A DNA stretch of 58,837 nucleotides, filler included, from Catajapyx aquilonaris (taxonomy: Eukaryota), in the NCBI GenBank assembly GCA_000934665.2. It is 2 parts of 2 records of this genome, joined end to end, with 100 filler letters (N's around TTAATTAATTAA, not from the genome) between each part and the next. Parts side by side here need not be neighbours in the genome. Positions count along the whole stretch, not along the records: positions 29,480 to 58,837 come from KZ539224.1; 1 more part is not named here. One strand, written 5' to 3'. Below, in pieces: positions 39,701 through 50,313 of the stretch. Below the pieces are notes generated by a model. That model was not told the origin of the DNA, searched no databases, and saw only the letters and a program-made list of their open reading frames with translations. Each line of letters begins with the position of its first letter. The stretch's first letter is position 1. Position numbers and translations under genes: made by a program.

Positions 39701-39975
39701 ATTAGGAATTGGACAACATATTTAGAACATGCCTTGCTGACAATGCAAGGAGGCTGTCGTTCATTCCGAGCGGTAGACATTCGATTGCGGTTGGAGTGTC
39801 AGGTGCAGTGTGGGCAGTTGGTTGGACGCTTCTAAAATTAGCAGCGGGTGTTGCAACTATCGCAACCGCTGGCACTGGAATGGTCATAGTGGGTGCTACT
39901 TCAGTTGTGATACTCGTCTGTATTACGGTAAAAACAATGTATTCTAGGTTCATGTTAAGGCGTAGACGCATTTGA
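36799..39975 (+). CDS. Atlastin-like copy 2, disrupted: repeat-1 exon truncated at ~38173 and repeat-2/3 exons missing (pseudogene or shortened isoform)
   Basis: Exons 36799-37020, 37089-37844, 37993-~38173, 39045-39320, 39376-39648 and 39706-39975 match copies 1 and 3; unrelated DNA occupies ~38174-38995. Confidence 0.82.
38336..38510 (+). mobile_element. tRNA-derived SINE within the insertion in copy 2
   Basis: GGGGGAGATGCTGTGGCCGAGATGGTAA (A box) ... CCAGGTTCGATCCCCG (B box); 3' end approximate. Confidence 0.7.
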
Positions 39976-41040
39976 AGGAGGTAAAACAAAGTAGTTAGTG
40001 AGCGTCACTACTTGGCACATTATTAGTTTGGAGTAATTTGTAAAGCATGTCAGAGAAGTGATGCCAGTATTACACAGCATGACATGGGGGTCGAGATGGT
40101 TAATGTTATAAAAACTAATAAAGCATCAGATATGAAGCAAAAGTCAAGAGATTCATTGTTGATACTGTCGGAAGTTACTACAATTATATAGATGTCATGA
40201 TAATGACATTGTCGTGAGTGGACCATGGCCTGCTTGGTGTTTTTTTCCTGCACATTTCATGGCTGTTGTATCAATACTGATTATTTTGGAGGAGTACAAA
40301 TGCTGATATGATAACTAATATCTATGCAGAAAACAATCCGAAGCTGCGAAAGTACATCATAATAGGGAAAACGGCCAAATAATCTATCAACAATTGTTTA
40401 CGATTGTTACCAAAGTATTTACATCCCAGCCAACTTCAACTATTACGAATAAAATTTATTTTTTAAAAAATTCAGTGCATGTAAAAACAAATCCTAAAAA
40501 TGTTATACACCTGAGATTAAAATAAAACATCTTGTCTTACACTCAACTGTTATCAATGATTATCAAGATTTTACCTTTAGACACAGGCTTTTTCTACTTA
40601 ATGGGACTTAGATTATACTTTTTTAATCTATGATATTTTTAACCACTCATCAGACTTTGAATTCTGCCAAAAGTGTTGACCATTTGATCTATTTATAGCG
40701 AGGTAGTAGTTATATTATTATCAATCTGCTTTTGTTTTTTCAAATTTTAAAGAGTGCGGATTGTTTACGTTTATGTTCATTGGTCTGTGGGAGGATTCAC
40801 AACTAAGGACCTTCATTTGGCAACTAGCCAAGAATACCCGTCGGTACATATCTTTATCTTTTAATCCCAGATTAATTTTGAGGTGATTTGGGTGATTCTT
40901 AACAGTTCTGATCAGTTGTGAGTAGTATATGTTGTCAGGTATTTTTTTTCAAGCAACACTGTCTGGTGAAAGGGATCGTCCAAACAATCGAAGTACAGGG
41001 GAACAAAGGCAACGGAGGCCAGTCTCGCATCATAGCCACT

Positions 41041-44000
41041 ATGGTTGGAACTGTTGCGAGTAAAGTGAGCAAGCCTGTCACCATAGTGGAGAAGGGAGAA
41101 AAGGGCTTCAAGCTGAACGAAGATGCCCTCAGAGAAATCCTAACGAAGGATTGCATTAAGGACAAACCTGTTGTCGTGGTGTCAGTAGCTGGGGCCTTCC
41201 GATTGGGGAAGTCCTTCATGCTGAATTTCTTTCTGCGATACATGAAAGCAAAGGTAAGTGTCGTTAGTATAGTGCAGACGCGGAGTTGTAACTTTTTATT
41301 TGCGTGCACATAGATGTTACCTGGCTGGATTGGAGCGGAAGACACTCCCTTGGAAGGATTCTCCTGGCGAGGCGGAACCATACCTGAAACGACAGGCCTT
41401 GTCGTGTGGAGCGAACTTTTTGAAGCTGAAGGACCAGACGGACACCGTGTAGCCGTCCTGTTGATGGACACCCAGGGAATATTCGACAACCGGTCCACTG
41501 CCAGCGATTGTGTCAACATATTTGCACTCAGCACCTTGATCAGCTCTGTGCAGATATTCAACCTGTCCGGCAACATACAGGAGGACGACCTGCAACACCT
41601 GCAGTACTTCACAGAGTATGGTCGGATGGCACTTGACCAGAGCGGTGAGACGCCTTTCCAGCGACTGCTCTTCCTTGTGAGAAACTACGGCTTGACTGAT
41701 GAGCACGGACTTGAAGGAGGAAAAAAATTGCTGGAAGAAATGCTGGAAGTGAGAGACGATCAAGATGGAGAACTTCAGATATTGAGGGAACACATCCGCC
41801 ACAGTTTCTCGGACGTGGATTGCTTCTTGATGCCTCATCCTGGTGAGAACGTGTCCAAGGCAGGCTTCGATGGGAGTACACGGGACTTAGACAAAGATTT
41901 CAAAGAGCAGCTGCAGGTGCTGGTGCGACACGTGTTGTCGAAGGAGAACCTGCTCGTTAAGAAGATCGGAGGAACTGTAATCAGAGCAAAGGAGCTGATT
42001 GGCTTCATCAGATCGTACTTCAGTGCTCTGAATTCTGATACATTACCAGAGCCGAGAACTTTGTTGAAGGTAATCTGCTGTTGACTTTTTACATCCTTGT
42101 TTTTGAACCGGAATATCACATTCAATCATCATGCCCTAATTGCTTGCTAATTGTAGTATTAACCAATATTTTTTGTTACTTATCAGGCCACGATTGAGGC
42201 AACAAACAAGGTCGCAGTGGATAAAGCCAAGGAACATTATGACGAGCAGCTAGACGAGATGTTTGGTGACAGAGACTTGTTCGTATATGTGGACGAGGAA
42301 ACTCTGAAGAATAAGCACGACACAACGGTAGATTCCAGTGTGGACCTGTTCAATAAATCCAGGATGATGGGTGGAGAAGACAACATGTGGATAGCATACG
42401 AAGGAAGTCTACTGCAGGTGTTTGCTTTGTATTTTATACCCTTACCAGCCTAACATAGTACCTAACATAGTATATTATTTAAAAAAAACTTAATACCAAT
42501 TAGCTGATGATATTTGTTAGGAAAGATGTGCACAAAGTGAGGCTGAAATAAACTGATAAAACTTTCCATGACAGGAATTGAGCAAGAGGAAGGATTACTA
42601 CAGCCAACTGAACAGAAACAATTACGAAGTGGCCAAGAAGAGCACTGGCGATGCTGTCGATGCTGCGATAAGGACATACCAGTGGTTACTTGATCGGGTA
42701 CTTCCATGTGAAGACTCGTTTGTAGCTGACAAGAAATTAGGCAGCAAGCATAGGGATGCAAAGGAAAAGAGTCTAGAGAGGTACAGAACAACACATAAAT
42801 TTGGGAGAAAAGAATTGTGGACGGAGCACGAAAGGAAGCTTACTAAGGTACGGCGTAATTATTACTACGGTACTGCTGTCTTATCATGCGTGATCATTGT
42901 TTTAGACCCTGGACGATACATTTGAAGTAGTGTACCTCTCACGTAACAAGACCAATATTGAGAAGGCAAAGAAGTTGTACATGGAAGAATCAAAAACTAA
43001 ATACGATAAGATGATGAGTGCAATTTCTTCAAACGAGTCGCTCTTCATATATGATTCAGATCTGCTGAAAATGCACAATGAAGCTAAGCGATTTAGTTTG
43101 AACCTGTTCACTAAGGGTATGGCTGGAAAATCAGTTGCGGAAGAGAATAGGGAGACTCTGGACAACATGTGCAATGAGGCTGCAACACAAGAGGAAGGAG
43201 CTTCATCGGCGGCGGCCAACAATATTCAGTGTAACTTGAGTGGTGGAATATCTTGGTGTGAAGAAGAATACAACCTACTTGAAATGGTAATGATCAAAGT
43301 ATTGATATTATATATTTTTCAAAATTTTGTGATTTAAATACTGATCAACTTTGTAGCACTGTCAGAAATGTCTCATTTATGGTACATATCGATTCAGTGT
43401 TTATTGATTGAGTAAAACATGTACATGTCAGGAGTTGGAGAGAATGTATGATCGCTACCTACTGATCAACAAAGGCAAACACGAAAAAGCTCACGAGATG
43501 AATGATGTCATGTTGAGGGCAGCACTTATACGTTACGTGCATGACATGGATGCTCTCTGTGGAGACCTATGCAGAGAAGTATTTGATGCGGAAGACTTTG
43601 AAAGAGAGCATAACGTTGCTGAGAACCGGAGCATGGATGTGTTTCGGGAGGCGTATAAAATAGGTGACAATACGTTCATAGAGAGATACCAGGAAGAATT
43701 AATTCAAGTACGTTGTTTAAAAGTGGACACTGTTACAGCATGTTACACTGATGAGTTTTCCTTCTAGAAATTAAGCCACGAGTACCAGATGTATGTTGGT
43801 AAGAATGATGAAAGACGTCAGCAGGCAGAGAGGGATAACGATGCGGCTATGACTGCTGCAAAGGAGCACTACTGCATGCGCCTGAATGAGTTCACTGACC
43901 AGCACCCAAATGAGTTCATCGAGGAGGCGGACTTAATGAGAGTATATAGGGCTGCAAGTGATGAGAGTATGAATATCTTCAGGAATATGGAGAAGATGGG

Positions 44001-44406
44001 TGGTGATAGATTTTCAAGGCCATATGAAGATAACCTTAAAGAGGTAATATTATCGGTCTGTTTACCTATTTGTATAACCCCTGTCCACTTCTCTTGTAAT
44101 TAGGAATTGGAGAACATATTTATAACATGCCTTGCTGACAATGCAAGGAAGCTGTCGTTCGTCCCGGACGGTTTTTATGCGACTGTAACTGCAGTGTCAG
44201 GTGCTGTGATGGGTGCTGGTTTAATGACTCTGCAACATGCAGCTGCAGCTACTGCGGCTGGTGCAGCAAGTGCAGTGGCTATAGGCACCGCTGGAACTGG
44301 ATTGGTCGCACTGGGTGCTACTGTAACTACTACAGCCACCTGCATTATGGCAAAAACTTTCTTATCTACGATCATCTGTAAGATTAGACGCACTTGGAGT
44401 TGGTAA
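41041..44406 (+). CDS. Atlastin-like copy 3, intact, ~902 aa; exons 41041-41253, 41314-42069, 42187-42417, 42575-42847, 42906-43286, 43432-43707, 43768-44043, 44104-44406
   Basis: Same motifs and exon layout as copy 1; every exon length is a multiple of 3. Confidence 0.9.
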
Positions 44407-44749
44407 AAGATGTTAGAGTTACTTATTGGCACGTTATGAGTCTAGAGTAATTTGCAATTACACTGCATGACTCATGAGTCTAAATGGTAAATGTTATTTT
44501 AAAAAGGTAATAAAACGACAGATATGAAGCAAAAGAAAAGAGATTCATTGTTGATATTGTCGGTCGTTACTATAGATGTTCATGACAATGACATTGTTGT
44601 GAGTGGCTAAATGATTTTACACTAGTCAAATCGCACAAACGTCAGAGGTAAGCATGCACTGTTATGACTTTCTAACAATGTGCAATTCAATGGTCATTGG
44701 ACCGTTCTGCAGCTTGTTGATCATTTACAGATCAGTCAGTGTGGAGAAA

Positions 44750-46243
44750 ATGCCTCGACCAAAGACACCACTTCCCCTTCAGCTCACCTGCCTGAAGGAA
44801 ATAGTCACCACTGTTGTGAGTGCCTGTGAGATACATCCAAATGGACACTTGGATATCCAGAGATACTCCCAGCAGCTTCCGACCATACTGGCCAACCAGT
44901 ACGTCCAAATTCTACTAGCAACCGTCAAGTTGGTTGGACTGTATGACTTGGACGTAACTGGTGTCATCACCAACACACGTTGCAGTCATCTCCAACTAGA
45001 CACCACAAACTATCTGTCGCATCAAATATTGAGCAACCTGGATCAAATGACTGGGTTGACTCATCTTGAAATTAGTGGAGTTGTTGATGACTCTTGGACC
45101 ATGGCCTGCATGGTGTAATGTCCAATCAACTTCGTCACATTCCCAAACTCGAGTCACTTCGTCTCATCGCTGCAGTCAGCGACGACTCCCAACTAATTCA
45201 AAACATTGCGAGTTTCTCTCATCTTCTTCAGGAGTTGTGTTTTGTGTGGGACATGTCCACAGATCAGCCTGTAACTCTGAAGGATTGTCAAAACCTGAAG
45301 AGGGTCAGTGTGATGTATTATGGAGACTCCTCAGACATGGTGGTGTACATCCTGGAGAGCATCCCTCAGCTGGAGCGCTTGTTTGTAGACACAGAAATGG
45401 AGAGTCCAGTTTTAGCCAAATGTCTATGGACGTATGGGTTGAAGTATTTTCCAGGCCATGTGAGTCATGAACTGGGCTTATTGGCTAAACATTTTCCGCA
45501 TTTGGAAGATCTGCATGTGAAGAAGTGTTACAATCCTTCAGCAGCTGGAGGGCTAGTATGCGTGAAATCTCTTCGTATTTCAGAGTCGATCTATCATAAT
45601 GTGTCAGAACTGATCTGCATGTTTACTCACACCCTTGTGAGTCTCACACTGCATGACATTATAGGAGTTCAGGAATCATTTGACAATCTAACATTGCGGA
45701 ACATTGTGGAACCTCACCATTATGAAGTGTACGTGTGTAGACATTGCTCAAATCGGATGCATTTTTCCTCGTTTGAAGTACCTGATCTTGATTAGCAACC
45801 TGATTACACCTATGACAACGAGTAATCGTCCTAACAATTCATTCACGCAACTGACAGATTTGACCATCAAAGACACGAACTCTGACTTCGTCAAAAGTGC
45901 TCACCTCCAGCACATTATGTCCAGTTGCATCAACCTACATGATCTGGTGATAGTATGCAACACACTGGACAACACCTTGATGCACAATATTCTTAGCATC
46001 AACCCAATGACACAGATGGAATATCTTGACATAGAGAGCAACACTATCACCCCAGATGTGATCTTCACAATCCTTGAATATTTTGGTGATCTTCTGGAGC
46101 GCGTCCTGTTCCGTGGCACTCAGATGAGCATGAACCAGGACTACATTGAATCGCTGAAGACCAAGATACGTCCCTACCATATTCTGATGCACATTGACAG
46201 AATTCAGTTCGGCCTAGAAGAGCATTGTGCTGATGAAGACTGA
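44750..46243 (+). pseudogene. Intronless BC-box/LRR (RNI-like; ZYG11/PRAME-style) protein with two frameshifts
   Basis: MPRPKTPLPLQLTCLKEI start; LxxLxL repeats (GLTHLEI, PKLESLRL, PHLEDLHV, PRLKYLIL) spread over three frames; shifts near 45095 and 45700. Confidence 0.7.
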
Positions 46244-46457
46244 CGTCAACAATAAGAGGACAGAAGTGTTATTATGTCCTGATGTATGTTACCTTCTGAT
46301 GATTTATTCCAACCCGAATATACTCATTTATGTAGATATAGTCATTTAATTAATTTTCTAGTTGTTTATTTGCATCTTGTTTCTGTTAAGTTATTCGATA
46401 AGTTATTTGTCCATGCATGGCCAGATGTGTTTTAGAATTTGATGTCTGGTTGTGATC

Positions 46458-48172
46458 CTAAAGCTTTTTTTCCTCTCTCATCTTGGTGATTTCCCTCAGT
46501 CGCATTACCCTTCGCATAAACTCGGGTTTCTTGTATCCTTTGTTCTCCAGGAATTTGTTGTAATACTCAATGGCCTGTGCTTCGGCCAGCTTACAGTCTA
46601 ACTCGTCACAGACTCTCTCGCTGATTTGGGCCGGAGGAAAGGCCGTTTGTCTGAAAGCTCCCCACCACATTCGGATGGGAAGGTAGTACTTGCCGTACAA
46701 GAGACGTAGAAGACCTTTAGGCACTGGCACAAATGTTTTCTCAGGCAGGGGAATAGGCATCTCCTTCATAGGCCTACTTTCTGCACGTTCTCGAGAGCGC
46801 TTGTTGTCCCTTGAAACTAGAGGTCTGAAAAAGACAGTGTGTCACACACTTTCGTTTAAAACTTAATGATAGGAGTTCTGACCTTCCTTGCTTGTTCGAG
46901 ACGCCATCTCCGCAATTCACGCTGACCCTCTTAACCTCTAGCTCTATCGTAGGAGCCAAATAGCCCTCAATCGCTGACTTGAACCAATCGGACACTTTTT
47001 CAGGGGTGAAGTTGGCGGCCAAATCATCTCCACAGAAGCTGATGAGCCAGTCTATGTACTCCTTCGCTGCCTGGTGGAACATGCATTGTGACACATACCC
47101 GTCAAACGTGGTGAGATTGCGCCAGGTGCTTAGGCAGGTGGGGGGCACAATCTCACTCCACCTGGCACAACTCCGCCTGGGAGGGACAGCGCCGCCTGGG
47201 ACAACGCCGCGCCATGCCGCCTGGGACAACGCGCGCCGTGCCGCCTGGGACAACGCCGCGCCGCCTGGGACCTGCACCTGGGACCTGCCACCTGGCACAA
47301 TTTCACCACCTTTGATGGCACATCTCAAGATCCAATGTTCCTGCTCACCTTACTGATGCGGTCATCAACCTTAGTGTAATTTCCATGCGTTTCGGTGTGT
47401 TTATTCCATGGCAGTTCACCCTTGGATAAATTCGACCACATCTGTTGCTCTGTCTTCTCAAAGCGTTTGAAAGCTTCAGCTTCGTTCTTAGTGAGCTTCT
47501 CTTTCTTCCTGAGAAAAGAAGATCAAACATGAGTCATTCGATAATATGATCAGATGTGGTACATACTTGTCCTTTCCATCAACCAACACTGGCGGGTATG
47601 TTCGCCAGTCTTCGGATTTTATACGTTTGAATGATGGGTTGTTGATGAAGGTTGCAAACACGTTTTCTTCCATAGCCATTGCGGTCAGATCCTTTATAAG
47701 CTTTTGCCACTCTTCGTCGCTCATTCTCAGCTCCTGGGAAGAAGCAGGAACCAGAGACACACACTCCATCGACAGACTGCTGGCCATTGAAAACAGGTCA
47801 TCCTCTTCATCCTCCTCTACCTTCTGGCCAGTGCTTTTGGACGAGATTGTCGAGTAGAAATCAGGATATTCCATTGCCATCTCCACTTCCACTTCCTGCA
47901 ATCTTCCACATTAATTGTTCACTATAGTTCAGGATATGAAATATGCCACCTGTATGATCTCTTCCTCTCTCAGCCTCCATAGACGCTCCTTCTCATCAAC
48001 CGCTTTCTGTCTGGCCATCTTGGTCTTATCGAGGTCAGTCAGCTTACGAGGACGCCTCCAGCAAGGTACTTTCTCATCTCTATTCGTGGCATGCTGTTTG
48101 CCCTGCTTATGTTAAGACATGAGGGTCACATTACTAGTGGCTAACAGTCTTACTTACATGGAATTCAGCCAT
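46458..48172 (-). CDS. Uncharacterised ~403-aa protein; exons 48172-48158, 48102-47950, 47895-47567, 47508-47349, 47070-46883, 46824-46458
   Basis: Six exons with canonical GT-AG boundaries join into one open frame (MAEFH|GKQH...|EVEVEM...|KKKEKL...|AAKEY...|RPLV...LLYGKYY...PEFMRR). Confidence 0.75.
47099..47318. mobile_element. GC-rich MITE in an intron of the orphan gene
   Basis: ~30-bp TIRs CCRTCAAA.GTGGTGARATTGYGCCAGGTG; internal GCCGCCTGGGACAAC repeats. Confidence 0.75.
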
Positions 48173-48291
48173 AGTTAATCACAAGACCCTGGCACGCTGA
48201 ACTTATATCGAGTATTTTATGCAATAAATTTGTTCTAAAGTGTTGCTAGACAACATGTAAGACCATTCTTGCGAACCTTACATAGTTATAT

Positions 48292-48655
48292 CAGGGAGCA
48301 TAATATACTACATAAGAGGCGCAAACTTCTGTCGGCGCCTTTGATGTTCGCGTCTCTCTGTTTGGGCCCGTTGCCAAGGCTGGCGGCCATCTTGAAGTGT
48401 GGGGAACGCCAACGAGGTATAAATAGGGTACAGGCAGAAATAGGGTCCGCCATCTTTGGTGGTTTTGGCGGCCATGGCAACTACACGGCAAGAACATGCG
48501 CGAATCAAAGATTGGGACCGTATTTTTGCCTGTACCCGATTTATACCTCGTTGGCGTTCCCCCCACTTCAAGATGGCAGCCAGCCTTGGCAACGCCCCAA
48601 ACAGAGAGACGCGAAAATCGAATGTTTGCCCCTCTTATGTAGTAAATGCTCCCTG
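48292..48655. mobile_element. Foldback MITE with 7-bp target-site duplication (P-element-like)
   Basis: GTTATAT|CAGGGAGCAT...ATGCTCCCTG|GTTATAT; palindromic over most of its length. Confidence 0.85.
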
Positions 48656-48677
48656 GTTATATACTGATTTCTTTATT

Positions 48678-48831
48678 AGACTTTTTCTCATCAGAAAAAT
48701 GTCATATATTGTAGAACGGCTCTGTCCGTCTGTCTGTGGACAGGTATCTGGGCCTAAACCGTAAGAGATAGCGACAAACGGTTTTCGGATTCGGATTTTG
48801 TCGACTTTTTTTAATCGATGAGAAAAAGTCT
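48678..48831 (+). mobile_element. DINE-1/HINE-like element (copy B, short)
   Basis: Sub-terminal inverted repeats AGACTTTTTCTCATC / GATGAGAAAAAGTCT around a GTCCGTCTGTCTGT core shared with 12169. Confidence 0.65.
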
Positions 48832-50313
48832 TTAAAATAAGTCAACCAGACATTTGTTGGTGATCCAGACCTGAAATGAGTAGGTCATTATCAAAACTAG
48901 GCTATCTTCTTTGATACGGATCCTTCAGATTTAGTGAATCATTTCACGGCACCAATGACCATTCCCAATGGGAGGTGGACCCGAGGTGAATATGTTCCAT
49001 ATATTGGAAATATGAATTAACTATAGGAATTAACACACTTTTGGCCTGGTTTTGATAGTGACTTAATTGTTGGCATGAAATGATTTGAAGTCACTGTAGA
49101 ACGGATTTTTATTTCATTTTTTTTCTTTTCTTCTTGGTGTGTCAAGAGAGTCATAAATCATCGTGACAGTAATAAGCATGCGTGAAATTGTTTACAGAGA
49201 TGAACAGCAGCGCAGTTTAAGTTGTGGGGATAAAAAGCTGGGGGGTGTTTAGAGAACACATGGTTTTACACCATCGCACATTGTTGCGGGAGGAAAGGTT
49301 TTGCACGTATGGCCAATTGTAGCATGTAATTTGAAGTGTTCCTTCTTTAGAAGTTATTGAGAAAAATGTTGTGTTTTTTGGCTTCATGGGAAATAACAGT
49401 TATAAACAACAGTTAATGGCACAATACGTTGAGGACTCATTAGAAGAAGAAAGTAGTGGAAAACCTACACTTTGAGGACTTTTTTTTTCTTGCGGTTTAT
49501 AAAAAACTTTTTGGGGATTGGGTTAGGGTTGGGATGAAGTTTTCTCCATTATTGTGTTAACGATCACTTTGAAAAGTGTTAAGGCCATTATACATCCATT
49601 GTTATTTTTTTCCCCTCCAATAACAGTATGAACACAACACATACCAGGCTATTGAAGATATGGAACACTTGCCGAGAATAGCATGCATTCTAATATTGTG
49701 TATGTTACGTGTTGTTACGTGTGATTTTACAGATTTATAAAATATGAGCAGACCATTATTTTTTTATTAGTTATTACGTCCTATTACACTGAGATTCGAG
49801 CTGAAATCCTTTTTCGTTTACACCGGGTGGAGCTATTTACTCATTGTTTCCACTACGTTTGTACATTTCCATGTAAACACGGGTGGTTATAATTAATTTT
49901 TTTTTTTGTTTTAAAACGAGACCCCAGAGAGTTTATTACACCAAGAGGATAGTTTACATGGAATCAACAATATATGGTCGACATTGTTGATTACGTGTAA
50001 GCTACTCTTCCTCCACTGAAATGACCAGTCCGTCATTACATAATACATACAATATTTTTTTTTCATCTTATTTTTTGTTTCCTTTTTTAAATTTTTTTAA
50101 ATTGGGAAGACTTGGTTGCGTTCCTGCGGCTGCTCTACACCGTACACGCTACACATTTTGGCACTGTCTTTTTTTAATATTTGAAATTGTCATCACCATT
50201 TTTTTTTTCAATCCGTGATTTTGAACCATTCCACAGTAGAGCTCTGGCTTTGAGCAACATTGGAGCACCAGGTTTCTATGTCCTTTTATAGTGTAGGGTT
50301 TATGAGTGAGGTG

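Noticed and set aside
40935..41838. Long antisense ORFs repeated over the atlastin-like GTPase exons
   Set aside because: Shadows of the conserved sense CDS; their recurrence reflects the gene duplication.
46458..48115. Endogenous viral or transposase fragments
   Set aside because: The ORF pieces join through canonical introns into one host-style gene; no viral or transposase motifs seen.
48269..48764. Overlapping ORFs on both strands
   Set aside because: They arise from the palindromic MITE.
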